In this document: in pieces, positions 11,562 through 24,813 of the stretch
Layout: the number at the start of each line of letters is the position of its first letter
Numbering within the stretch: the first letter of the stretch is position 1
Source: Octopus vulgaris
Lineage: Eukaryota
Direction of reading: 5' to 3'
Length of the DNA: 64,000 bases
NCBI GenBank assembly: GCA_951406725.2
Contig: OX597814.1
Location: forward strand, 167,648,001 to 167,712,000
Program-made: the position numbers and the translations under genes
The notes under the pieces: model-generated
What the model was told of the DNA's origin: nothing
The model's database searches: none
The model's input: the letters and a program-made list of their open reading frames with translations, nothing else

Positions 11562-12826
11562 CAAGGGTTGGGTGGATAGTTCCTTGGCTGACCAAGATAC
11601 ACTCATGGAACGTGACCAAATGAGAGATATTTTTCAACATCATTCTCCTTCCAGTCTACACACTTCTTCCATCAGTGTTGCAGTGCTTGGATCCCATTGG
11701 TGAAGAAGTTTTCATCCTGTTGGTCAAAAAAGTCATCAACAGTAGATATGACATCATCATCACTAAGATACTGGTTCCTTGCCACGTGTCTTTTTATGCT
11801 GAGAAACAGAAGATGGTTAGATGGGGCCAAATCAGGAGAATAGGGAGAGTACCCAACTAGTTCAAAGTCACAGTCATGCACAGCAGCCATTGAAGCAAAA
11901 GACTTGTGTGCTGAAGCATTTTCCTGATGAAACAAGACCCATTTTGTCAGTTTTCCAAGGTGTTTGGTCTTGATAGCCTTTCGTAACTGCCTCAACAAGT
12001 TAGCATAGTACTCTCCATTGATAGTGTGGCCCTTTTGAAGATACTCAATAAACACAGTGCCTTTTGTATTCCCAAAGACTGGGGCCATCACCTTCCTTGT
12101 AGATGAAATTACCTTTGGAGCAGGTAAGGTGGGGTGTTTCCACTGTATGGATTGTCTCTTTGTCTCTGGCTCAAAGTGATGATGCCAACACTCATCCTGG
12201 TTTAGAAAACATCCAAGGAAACAAGATGAGTCTGTCTCAAAGTCAGATTTTCCTGTGATGGGATCAACCTGGTGTGCTTTTGATCAGGTGTCAGAAGACA
12301 CAGCATCCACTGAGCAGAAACTTTCATCATGCCAAGCTCATTGTGCAGAATATTCTCTACTCTCTCATGGGATAAGCTAATATCATTGGCTATTTAATTT
12401 ATAGTCAATCACCTCTCATTCATTACTATGTGGGGAACACAATCAACGTTTGCCTCAATGTTGGCAGCTGCAGGATGTCCAGACTTTAGGTCATGTTCAA
12501 GACTCTCCCTTCCAGTCCTAAATTCAGCTGCCCACTTTTGCACTGTTGATAAAGCTGGATCGTCATCCCCTAATGTAGCAACCATGTTGGTATGAACCCT
12601 TTTTCTGCAAGTACTTGCTAACAGCACAATGTCAAGAGTTGTCCATTTTCAACAGAAGTCGCTACCAGTTACTCTTGAAGTCTTCTTTGAACAGTTTGAT
12701 GTCAGTTGACCTGGAAAGAAACAATACAGTTATTAAGAAGAAGAGCTGAAATTAAGTCATGCAAGATTTCACAGCTGTTGCATCACTCCTTCATAGTCAA
12801 CCTATGAACTTTTGAGCCCAACCTTG
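11562..12826 (-). mobile_element. Full-length decayed mariner (irritans/Himar1-like) with pseudogenised transposase
   Basis: TA-flanked imperfect TIRs CAAGGGTTGGGTGGATAGTTCC / GAACTTTTGAGCCCAACCTTG, about 1.27 kb apart. ORF pieces read TVQKWAAEFRTGRESLE..SGHP, VFIEYLQKGHTINGEYYANLL, VLFHQENASAH and YSPDLAPS, with frameshifts and stops. Confidence 0.92.
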
Positions 12827-13119
12827 TATATTTCTTGACTGCTCTGTATTTATATATTAGTATTCATACCTGACTTTTGTTATATAATTTGTGCGTATGT
12901 ATTTGTGAGAGCCAGAGAGTGAGAGGTTTTGTTAGATTATATCATCATACAACAATAAGTACTTATGTATTTTAAACTTCTGTATCAACATTTATTTAGA
13001 TAAGTTCATATTTTCCAAATTTACATTTTCTCAGTTCTTGTAAATTGGTAGTCTGAAAAAAAAAAACAAAAAAAACTGTTGTATGTTTAGAAAAGAACAG
13101 TTCTCATACATATTTGCAT

Positions 13120-14250
13120 AATAATAATAATAGTTTCAAATTTAGGTATACGGTCAGCAGTATTGATGGGAGGTTTGATTAGTCAATTACATTATTCCTT
13201 ATTTTTGACTGGTACTTTATTTTAGACTCCCAGAGGGATGAAAGGCAAAGTTATCCCGAGAGGAAGAATTTTTAACTCAGAATGTATACAACCAGAACAA
13301 ATACTGCAAGGCATTTTTTCAGACATTCCAATGATTCTACCAATCTGTTGTTCCATTGGTATCTTACTTAGGCACAAAGCTAGCAGTTTTGAGGATGAAA
13401 GGCAAAGTTACCTCGGTAGAATTTGAACTTAGGACATAAAGAACTAGAAGAAATACTGCCATACATTTTGTTTGCTTGCCACCTTAATAATAATAATAAT
13501 AATAATAATATTGGTTTCAAATTTTGGCTCACGGTCAGCAATTTAGGGGAGGTACTTATTTTATCAACCTTGAAAAGATGACAGGCAAATGTATACCTGG
13601 AAGAAATGCCTCTCATCATTTTGCCTGGCATGCTAACGATTCTGCCAGCTTGCTGCCTTAATAATATGATTAATAATAATAACGTTCTACTATAGGCATA
13701 AGGCCTGAAATTTGCTGGGAGGGAGCAACCCCAGTGTCATATACCTGGAAGAAATACCTCTCATCATTTTGCCTGACATGCTAACGATTCTGCCAGCTTG
13801 CTGCTTTAATAATATGATTAATAATAATAACTTTCTACTATAGGCATAAGGCCTGAAATTTGCTAGGAGGGAGTAACCCCAGTGTTCAACTGGTGCTCAT
13901 TTTATCAACCCCCAAAAAGATGAAAGGCAAAATCAACCTCAGCAGAATTTCAACATAAAGATGGGTGAAATGCTACTAAGCATTTTGTCCAGCCTGCTAA
14001 TGGTTCTGCCAGTTCACCACCTTAATAATAATAATAGTTTCAAATTTTAGCGCAAGGCCAGCAATTTCAGAGTCAGGGATAAGTCAATGATATCAACTCA
14101 ACTGGTATTTATTTTATCAACCCCAAAAGGATGAAAGGTAAAGTCAACTTTTGCGGAATTTGAACTCTGAAACTAAAGGTGAGAATGAAAAGCTACAAAG
14201 TATTTTGCCTGGTGTGCTAATGGTTTTGTCAGCTCATCACCTTAATAATA
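13120..14250 (-). repeat. Head-to-tail cluster of about 6 SINE family B-like copies/fragments with (AAT)n tracts
   Basis: Repeated GGTACTTATTTTATCAACC..GATGAAAGGCAAAG..GAATTTGAACT..TCTGCCAGCT..CCTTAATAATAAT units. It includes a 148-bp direct duplication (13593 vs 13741). Confidence 0.8.
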
Positions 14251-15060
14251 ATAACAAAAATAAATTATAATCATGTTCATTATTATTATTTGCTTAAAGT
14301 TAATATATTTTCAGTTATTTAATGATTTATCGAGTTAAGTGACATAAGCATTAACTTTGGTATTAATATTTTACCCCTTAAAATTAAATTTGCTCAAGAT
14401 CTCTATATTCTATTAAATACAATTTTTCATATCTGCCTAATGTCAACATTATTGATATTGATTTTATAGCTGGTGTCTTTCATTATCATTTTCTACCTTG
14501 TCAGACCAATTTTCTACCAAAATTTAAAATATCAAAACAAGGGAAAATTTATGAAAACTTGCATAGACTTTATTTTAGTGTTAAACCATTCTTCTGAATA
14601 TGAAACAGCCTTTCATCTATCTCCTGAATTTTGCAATATCATTTTATATTATTGCTATAAGTTTACAATTGATAGTTAAGATAAACATGCCAGCGATAAT
14701 ATAGTTTCTCAAATATAATAGATTTTTCCATCCTCAAATACTCACTTATCTTTATCCAAATCAAATATAATGCTGAATTATATATTATATATTATGCACT
14801 TATATATATATATATTGTATGTGCATGTTTATGTGTGTATGTATATATATATATACATATATATTCATCATTGTTTAATGTCTGCCTTCCATGCTAGCAT
14901 TTATAGATATATGCATATTTTTATATATATATAATGATGATGATATTGTATGTGTATATGCATGTTATATATATATGTGTGTGTGTGTATATATATATGT
15001 GTATATATTATACTTAAATAGATATATATATATATGTATATAGATATATATAGATATGTA

Positions 15061-16582
15061 TATATATGTATATAGACAGGAAAATAAGTGGTATCAGGTC
15101 AGATTATGACATTTATATAGTGTATATGGAGAAAAGAATGTTTTAAGGAGTTTAAACAGAATAAATTAGTAAAACTTCAATTCAGGAATAGTTGTGATAT
15201 ACAGGATGACCATAAAGCTCAAATTGATGGGGATGTGAAATTACTGTATTACAGTACATTTAATTTTGCATCACTAATGGTGGGAACAATACTAAAATTG
15301 TTAATGTAGTTAAGTAAAATTGTTGACATCCAAATCTGTTTTGGATTTTACCTGTGATGATTTACCTTAACCTACTATATAGTATCAATATTACAGTCAT
15401 AATTATTCCAGGCTTTCTCGTGCAGCAGACATGTTTGGTCTCATGGTCAATACTTTAAAGACTGAGCTGCTTTACCAGCCCCCACCAAGATGTCCTACTT
15501 ATCTCAGTATTACAGTGACTTTCTCTTACTCTTTACTCTTTTACTTGTTTCAGTCATTTGACTGCAGCCATGCTGGATCACCACCTTTAGTCGAGCAAAT
15601 CGACCCCGGGACTCATTCTTTGTAAGCCCAGTACTTATTCTATCGGTCTCTTTTGCCGAACCGCTAAGTGACAGGGACGTAAATACACCAGCATCTGTTG
15701 TCAAGCAATGCTTGGGGGACAAACACAGACACACAAACATATACACACACATATATATATACATATATACGACAGGCTTCTTTCAGTTTCCATCTACCAA
15801 ATCCACTCACAAGGCACTGGTCGGCCTAAGGCTATAGCAGAAGACATTTGCCCAAGATGCCACGCAGTGGGACTGAACCCGGAACCATGTGGTTGGTAAG
15901 CAAGCTACTTACCACACAGCCAATTCTGTGCCACTTGTACTAATTCTTCTGACGTCAGAGTCAAGAAGTAAATATAGTCTATTACAAAGGCTTTTGGCTC
16001 TTTTGAGAAGTGTTTATGGAGCTACCAAGATACTACCCACAAAACAAAAATAAAGATATACAGTACTGCTGCGTTACCTTGCCTCCTCCTCTCCACAGAA
16101 TGCACGGCCCTCTACCACAGGCACATCAAGGTAAAGCAGCTCAGTCTTTGAAGTATTGACCATGAGACCAAACATGTCTGCTGCATGAGAAAGCCTGGAA
16201 TAATTATGACTGTAATATTGATACTATATAGTAGGTTAAGGTAAATCATCACAGGTAAAATCCAAAACAGATTTGGATGTCAACAATTTTACTTAACTAC
16301 TTTAACATTTTTAGTATTGTTCCCACCATTAATGATGCAAAATTAAAGGTACTTTACGAGATTCACATGAACTTAATACAGTAATTTCACATGCCCATCA
16401 ATTTGAGCTTTATGGTCATCCTGTATATCACAACTATTACGAACATCCCTGAATTGAAGTTTTACTAATTTATTCTGTTTAAACTCCTTAAAACATTCTT
16501 TTCTCCATATACACTATATAAATATATAAATGTCATAATCTGACCTGATACCACTTATTTGCCTGTCTATATACATATATAT
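15061..16582. repeat. Long inverted duplication (arms 15061-15476 and 16130-16582)
   Basis: The arms are reverse complements over ~415 bp with few substitutions and three small insertions in the right arm. Confidence 0.93.
15520..15932 (-). mobile_element. tRNA-derived SINE, family A
   Basis: Highly similar to 1-418 along its whole length. Confidence 0.9.
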
Positions 16583-16586
16583 CTAT

Positions 16587-16627
16587 CTATCTATCTATAT
16601 ATATATATATATATATATAAGTAAAAT

Positions 16628-16658
<31 letters not shown>

Positions 16659-16666
16659 AGTATAAT

Positions 16667-16708
<42 letters not shown>

Positions 16709-16730
16709 GTATAATACACACACACATATA

Positions 16731-16762
<32 letters not shown>

Positions 16763-16768
16763 AGTATA

Positions 16769-16825
<57 letters not shown>

Positions 16826-16838
16826 TATAACACACACA

Positions 16839-16870
<32 letters not shown>
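16587..16870. repeat. Compound minisatellite: 5 x [(AT)n-AAGTATAA-(CA)m]
   Basis: The AAGTAWAA linker recurs at about 16619, 16658, 16707, 16762 and 16823 between variable TA and CA runs. Confidence 0.85.
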
Positions 16871-16873
<3 letters not shown>

Positions 16874-18245
16874 CCAACTTTGTCATCTGTGCTCCATCTT
16901 GCATATTAAATGGCAGGATCCTGATATAGAGGTCCTGCACGGCAGTGGCACAGTTAATGTGAAAGCCCTCATTATCTCATTGCAGCTGCATTGGGCAGGC
17001 CATATTTGTCAGACAGAGGGCAACAGGCTCCCAAAGTTGTTTTCTGTGCTGAACTGTGTCAGGGCAGAGAGAACTGTGGTGGCCAGAGGTTGTGATATAG
17101 AGATGTGCTGAAAAGACATATGATACATCTCCCCAGACTCCTGGGAAGAGAAGGCTCTATGGCATAATGAATGGCACCAGTCACTGAAGCTCATAATTCC
17201 AGACATTTGAGAAAAACAACAGAGAATACAAGACAGAATATGAGTGGCATCACTCTTGTGTCAAGCAACTGCATATGCAGCAGATGTCATCAATGCTGCA
17301 GATCAAGAGCAGGTTTTGTAGCCCACATGTGAACCTACCAGTGATGTCAACATTGACCTATGATGGACAGCAACTGTCACCAATGTTACAGACTTATCTT
17401 ATAACTATTTCAGGAGTGAATATCAGAATCATTATGATCTTTCCTGAATCAAATTTTTGTTGATTTCCTGTGATCTTAATTCTATTCATTGCATAAATAT
17501 ATAAATGTCATAAACCATTCTGATACCAGTTGTTTGCCTGTCTGTACCAATTCAGTTGAAACACTGCCAGTAGCCAATCTTCATTTAGGCAACTATAACA
17601 TTCCTGCATTTTAAATTGCAGTTCAAGTTGGAGATTAGACAGGAAGTCAAGCTGAGCACTAACTGTATCATCAGACATAATATTACCTGGTGTGTGTGTG
17701 TGTGTGTGTGTGATATACTCTATATATTCTCTATATGTGTAAATATGTATTGTGTATATGCATATGCAAAAACACAGAAGTACATATGTTGTATATCTTA
17801 TTTTACTAGTTCCAGTCCAAGGGCATTGCCTATTTAATTTGTACAGCTTCTAGGAGTTTGATCCTATGACCCTTAGTTTTATTTATTGCAGTGACATTCA
17901 TTTGTTCGGAATTATAAATAGATTATCCAGATACTTCTTGAATACATCCACATCTACTCCCTGTAAATTTCTGTTTCTTTGGTAAGATATTAAAAATCTG
18001 TGGGCTTTGAAACCTGAGCTGTTGCAGTATGTGGCTGATTTTCAAGAGGAGGGTGGAACCTTTGAGATTATGCACTGATCACCAGTAAGGGGATTGTTAA
18101 AGCTCTCAGTAATAAAGTGTGGCCACAAGTCTTTCAAGATCACTGCATAACTTAATTGTTGCACTGAGGTAATTTTCTTTCTGTAACATCATTAGATTAT
18201 ATTATGCATCAGTTGGAGTGGTGTTCTTATCTTGATTGTTTCTTT

Positions 18246-18286
18246 CACTACATTTCAGCTGTATATATTCTGGCCTTCTTCAGGTG
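18246..18286 (-). ncRNA. Minimal type I hammerhead-like motif (Penelope type), degenerate
   Basis: Minus strand: CAC-CTGAAGA-A-GGC...GCT-GAAA-TG-TA-GTG. Stem I is CAC/GTG, and the changes are consistent with CpG decay of GCCGAAACG. Confidence 0.5.
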
Positions 18287-18559
18287 TCTGGTGATTTAGC
18301 TTAGTATCTTACTTGAGTTGAACTAAATTTCTGGGTGACTGCACCACATTAACCAACATCTTTATCCATATGGTATAAAATTCCTCACCAAAGAAATATA
18401 GAATTGTTATATCATTAGATTGTTTTTAGATCTGCTCTTATTTAATGCTGTTTGGTGACCAGAGTTATGAGTAATAGTCCAAATGGCTAAGGACAAAACA
18501 TTTTCCACAAAAGCATTATGTTGTACTAAATAATATCTCAGGATCCATTCCATCATCCT

Positions 18560-18950
18560 TTTGTATATCATTGCCATCTTGCTAATGTGTACATACAAAT
18601 TTATGCCCAGGTTATGTACAGACTATACTCTCTAACTACTATCCTTCCAGGTCCCTATGTATCCTGGTTGTGGATTGTTTGTAGGCTGATAGTAAAGGGT
18701 TTGGAATTTTCAAGCATTAAATTTCATGTTATTTTCTTCGGCCCTCTTATAGATTGCATTAAAGTCTTGCTGTAGATTTGCAATATTACTGGGATTCTTT
18801 ATTACCTGAAATACGTTTGTATTATCAGTATAACTAGTGAGAATGGTTATTTCACAAGCATCTGATATGGCCTCTACAAACGGTAATGGACCCCAAGTCA
18901 GTTCCTTCTGAAACAGCTTAAAAGTTGATGTTTCCTTTGAGAGAACACTA
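18560..18950 (-). mobile_element. CR1-group LINE reverse transcriptase fragment
   Basis: GPLPFVEAISD...SYTDNT...LQQDFNAIYKRAEENNMKFNA resembles the YADDT region through the NNMKFN region. Confidence 0.7.
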
Positions 18951-18954
18951 TTGG

Positions 18955-19300
18955 GTTGGCACACCATACATACATGTATGGGTGGACAACCATATGTGGC
19001 TAGGATTCTCCACAAACTACCATTACACACTCTCAAAAGCCTCATGAAGATTCTAAGTATTATGAGACAAGAAACAATTCTTGATACAGAATTTCTCAGA
19101 TGCATCCAGTTTATTTGTTATGCTCAAGCAGTTCCAACTGCATGTTAGGAAACTAAGTCTAGACAATTACAAGCAATCTTCTATTCTTAGCTTGCAAATA
19201 CCAGGTGTAGTCTTGATGCACCTGTAAAAAATCCAAAAGCGGTCTGAAAGTAACCTTAAAAGACTCCAGGATCAACCCAAACTCATGGGGTGGTCTTACT
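18955..19300 (-). mobile_element. RTE LINE fragment
   Basis: LWRILATYGCP motif, typical of RTE RT just after DL.KAFD. Confidence 0.5.
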
Positions 19301-20979
19301 CAAGACAGGTCTGCATAGAAAGTTTCTTGCCCTAGTGGTTCCAAGGTATTGAAATGTCAATGAATAAGTATGGCAGGAGCCAAAGGGAACCTTGCAAATC
19401 ACACCCTAACTATCCTGGTATAGGTGAACATCAGTGTATAGTATATTGCAAATATTCCTCTACTAGAATGGGCCTTCTTGACCACTACAGAACTCATAGT
19501 TGAACAAACCTCTTTTTTTTTCTTACTTTTCTTTCCTTTCTTTTCTTTTGTTTATTTTGCAGCTGCTAAGTCATGGACAAATTTGACAAATTTTCATCAA
19601 ATTTCATAGTGTGTGTGTGTGTATGTGCATGTGAGTACCAGCATTGTGAAATCTATATAATAATCTGCTTGTTCTTTTGCCTGTTATACTTCGGTTAGTA
19701 AGAGAGGTGGAGTAAAAATGAGAGAGAGGGAGAGGAGTGTGAGTAGAGAAGAAAAAAGTGGGGAAGAAGATTTATAATAATGTCAAATGCATCACGTGCT
19801 TAGTTGAAGGGAGAGGCAAAGAGCAAGAGAAAAAAAGGAAGAAAGAAGTACTAACAACAACACAGGATGGGGAAGGAAAGGAAGAGAAAGTGATTTTTCG
19901 GATGCAATATTTATCTGAGGGTAATGTTCTGGTAATGAGGTTAAAGAGAGAGATGGACAGGGAGGCAGTTATATTAAGAGACTGAGGGAGGCAGATAGCA
20001 TTTGTATTGTCAGATACAGCAATGAAATGAAATGAGCTTTGTTACTCAAAACTATAGTAATGATGATGATGGTGGTGGTGTGTTGATAGTGAAGAGAATT
20101 TTTTTTTATTGAACTAAATCTATATTATTATTATTCTACCTGTTTGGTCACACTTTAGTTTGTTAGAGTGAGAGAGAAGGGAAGAAGGAATGTGAGAGTG
20201 AATGAGAGAGCAGATAGCCAGTCAATGCATTATGCTGTCACTCTGAGAGAAAGAGAAATGTTAAAGGCATGAAGAGGGGAATTACATGGTTAAAAAGTTT
20301 GTTAAAGAGGTAGAGAGCAAGTGAGAAATAGGGACATTTGAAAATCATACAACAGATTATTGTGACTGGGAGTAAAATAACTAAGCAAAACAAAAATGCA
20401 AATGATCCTTTCTTTCTTAAAAAGCTTCTCTTAATTTTTTCATTCTTTGGAATTTCTACAGGTCCCACTATTATGTTAATAGTTAAATAATTTCTCTTGA
20501 AGCAAATTCTCCTATAAATCATCATCATCATCAGTAGCATATAATACATAGGGTTTTATACAACTTAGATGGGAAAAGTTGGAAATTTGCCTGCAGTATT
20601 TGAACCATGCATTTTCTCTATCAGTCACACTAAGGCCACCTGCTGTTTTTCTTCCATTGAATTAAAAGCCTTAATCTTATCAGGAAGAAAATTTGTTTCC
20701 ATTTAGTATGCGAATGTAGAATTATTGATAAATATCTATATAAATCTATATTGATGATGTTCTCAACTTCAGTTCATAGTGAATTCTGTCCCCCACTCTC
20801 TTCCTTCTATACATCAATAACTTATTTATTACTACATCTTGCAACACCCACTTTCATGCAAGCCTTCATGCCTCCCTCACTTACCCTGACCATACATCAT
20901 CCACATGCAACCTACACACCATATGCCAAATTTACATTGATTCTCTAAACAGAGACCTTGAAAGCATCCTCCAGTGGGA

Positions 20980-21680
20980 CCATGCCAACTTTGTTTCTTT
21001 TAACTGCAAAAACTTCAGACACTGCTCATATCAAGACACACCATTGCTTCAGATCTCTTCTAAATATGTGGCATTCTGCTATAGCACTCACAGTTCTCCA
21101 GATATTGGGCACTCACAATCACCAAAAATCCCTCCTGACAAAAAGCACATCCTTAGCATAGCTATGACTGCATCCTAAAAACTAGCCCTTTTTCTGAGGG
21201 ACAGATGGTATTTCTGTCTCCAGCAGTTACTGATACCCTACAGAGTTCAAGTGAAATAGTATATTCATATCTGGGACTGTTTTGCAGCTACTCATTGAAA
21301 TTTTGGGCAGTATTCAGTGAAGACTCACTCAGCTGATTGTAGTCAGTCACTAATGACCCATAGCTATGTTGTCTCCTCTCTGTCCTTTTTATTGCTGCTA
21401 TAATACCCCTTTTCTTCAAAGCTCACTGGTCTCATAGCTCTACCACTCAGGCATCCAGAACGCACGCATTTCTCCAGTCTCATCCCGTTTGTTGTGTCCA
21501 GTACACCAAGGCTCACATTAACCACTCTGCCTTGTACTTTCTCTCCAGAATATCAGCTCTTTGGGATCTCTTTATTGCAGATATTAACTGCAACATTTTA
21601 CAAAGAACATTATCACCATCAACTTCTCCAGTCTCGACATGTCCACAAGGCTCAAGGGCACTGTCCCTTCTTCCACATTA
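20980..21680 (+). mobile_element. Decayed CR1-group (Zenon-like) LINE 3' part
   Basis: Diverged similarity to 50100-50700, e.g. CTCCTGACAAAAAGCACATCC..ATAGCTA and TCATATCTGGGAC. Confidence 0.55.
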
Positions 21681-23869
21681 AACAAATAGCAAAAAAAATA
21701 ATTAGAATAGAAATTCCAGGCATAGAAATAAAACCTAGAAACTGGAGGTTTCAAAGTAAATTTAGCACAAACTAGAGTATTAGAAAGTGGAAGAAAAGAC
21801 AAGAATGCTGATACTACCAAGAAAATGTCAAAGCTTGACATGTAGAAAAGGATTAATTTAGGAATTCCATACAATGTGCCTAGTGTAAACTATGGGTACC
21901 CATGACGTGTAGTGGGATCACAGACAAGCCAGTTAATATACTTTATTTATGACAGATCCAGAGGGGGCAGTAAATATTAAGCAGCACTCTCAAAATAGCT
22001 GATAGCTTCTGTTAACATTCAAAGTGAAGGGCAGGTTGCATAAAACTTGTGCATGAACGCAGAGTACTTGTGAAAAGTAGAAAAAAATAAAGTGTATATG
22101 CCCTGCTGGATGTGTAAAACTAATGTGCTTGGATAATAGGACATAAATGAATTGAGAGAACAACTGAACATAAGGAGAATCAAATGTAGTGTGCAAGAGA
22201 GAAGACTGCACTATTATGGACTTGTAATATATATAAAGGAGGACAGCTATCTAAAGAACTGTCACACAAAAGTAAATAGAAACTACAGAAGAGGGAGACT
22301 TGCGACAAAATGGTGAAAGCAGATCTGAAGTTATTGTATCTTGCAGTGATGATAACAAAAGACCCTATGAACTATCAACACACTATGCAGAAGATCTGCT
22401 CATCCTTCTTGGAACGGTGAAATAGATGTTGAAGTTTATGTATATGTTGGTATGTGTATATGTGTGTATCTATAAATAGGCTTGTAGCTTAAGGTAAATG
22501 TATTCTACATATTAGCATGTATGCATGCAGAAGCATGTGTGTGTGTGTGTGTGTGTGTGCAAAATTAAAAACATGAAGATAAAAATAACAATATAGGGTT
22601 TTGTGCTCAGGAAAAACAAAAGCAAAAGTCTTTTACATTTTGAGCATACACTCATCTACAAAACTACAGAAAGAATAGATGAGGAGAGAAAAAAGGACAA
22701 ACATGTCTCAACTAGACCATTGTTGCCTACTTAAATGGCTGTGTGTATATATATGTATGTGTAGATAGATAGATAGATAGATAGGTAGCCCATCTCTCAT
22801 TCACAGTATATATATATTTAATCATCATCATCACCATATATCAGTGTCCCATGCTGGTATGGTTTGGTTGACTTGACGGGGTTTATTGGGCTCAGTGGCT
22901 ATTGGGCACCTGTTTCTATTTGGTATGGTTTCTATGGATAGAGACCCTTTCTAACACCAACCACTTTACAGTATGTACTTGGTGCTTTTTTCATACCACA
23001 AACACTAAAAAGGTTGCCAAGCAACTTTCACGACCAAAAGCCTTGAGTGCAATGGTTGTTGAGTACCTTATGCTAGGAAAATAAAGAGAGGGAAAAGTAT
23101 GAAAGGAAGTGACCAGAGCAGAACAGGTTTCTTATTGAGGGAAAGCTTATGTGACTACTCACATTTTAGAAGGGAGATGTAGGTCAGAGTTGGAAAGTAA
23201 TCTAAGTGGTAATGAGGTGGTGGAAGAGACATTAAAGTTACAAGCTGGGTAGAAATGAGTGGAGCAGAAGTGCCAGGAGCATATGGGTAAAATTGGAGGT
23301 GTCTTATTGTGCAGAGTAGCAGAATAGAAATGATGAGAGATGACATGTTGAGTAAGTTGAAGGAGTGGATGCAGGAGGGCAAAAAGAGAGTTAGATGCAG
23401 CATATGAAGAGAATGGTGTGTATGATGGTGACAGAGGAAAAGATAATTTGGTGGAACAGTGGTGCTGTCGAGGTTTTCAATGAAAGTATTACACAGATGA
23501 AGTTGTTTTGGAGAGTAAAGGAGGTGGAATCAAGGTATCAACAATTCCTAAGAGATAGGAACATAAACCAGCTGCAGTTTGTCAATGACTACATTTTCTA
23601 CTACTTTTGGCAGTCTTTTAAATGTGGTCATGATCTGGTATTAAAAGAGTTTTGCCAGTAGAATTCATTCCTGTATTTAGTTTCATGTCTGTTATTACTA
23701 ATAGTCCCTTCTCTTTTTTTTTTATGAGCTCCAAGATGATCAGTACGTAAGCATACCAGCAATACTAATCACATAGCAGAAAACCAGCACAAATCAGTAT
23801 GCGTGTGTGTATGTCATATCCATAATCTCACAACACCTCATGCTACGTGTGATGAACATAATTTTAAGT

Positions 23870-23874
23870 ATGTG

Positions 23875-23938
<64 letters not shown>

Positions 23939-24200
23939 GTATGTATGTATGTGTATGTGTATATGTATATATATATATATGTGTGTGTGTATGTATGTAT
24001 GTGTATGTATAGATATATGTGTGTGTGTATATATATATATGTATATAAATATATATGTGTAAATAGTGTGTGTGTATATCTATGTGTGTGTATGTATGTA
24101 TATATATATGTATATGTGTGTATATATGTGGGTGGGTGTTTGTATATATATATGTGTGCAATGTGTGTGTGTATGTATTTATGTATATATATGCATCATC
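23870..24200. repeat. (TA)n / (TG)n / TATG compound microsatellite
   Basis: Directly visible. It is the source of the YIYI and VCVY pseudo-ORFs. Confidence 0.95.
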
Positions 24201-24459
24201 ATCATCATCATTGTTCGACCGTGGTCGAGACTTTCATAGTCTTTTCAAATGGCTAATAATGTGTGCGTGCGCCACTACTACACACATTGGAAAGCATTGT
24301 ACAACCAAGTACTAAAGAAGATCTTTCCTCCTCCATGAAACAAAGCTGTTCCCGCTGGACGTCAACCCAGTATTTCTAAGCTACGGACCCAGTGATTTAT
24401 TGTAAGGTTATCTCCCTAGATAGATTGCCTTCACTACGGCTAAGGAGCCCTTTCTACCC

Positions 24460-24812
<353 letters not shown>

Positions 24813-24813
24813 A

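Larger units (their letters stand above)
15410..17380 (+). mobile_element. 5'-truncated RTE (BovB-like) LINE relic, interrupted by a SINE and by the inverted duplication
   Basis: Collinear RTE peptides: FSRAADMFGLMVNTLKTELLYQPPP (~15413), KAFG...TKIKIY...LYHRHIK (15985-16130) and [12 protein letters not shown]...LQLHWAGHI...RLPK (16900-17040). Confidence 0.82.

Noticed and set aside
16587-16870. Constant linker with variable spacers, superficially CRISPR-like
   Set aside because: The linker is only 8 nt, the spacers are dinucleotide runs, the context is eukaryotic and there are no cas genes.
19510-19610. Strong polypyrimidine tract plus CAG at 19562 (also a candidate at ~35762) as host-gene exons
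   Set aside because: No convincing reading frame or recognisable peptide follows. It cannot be supported without transcript data.
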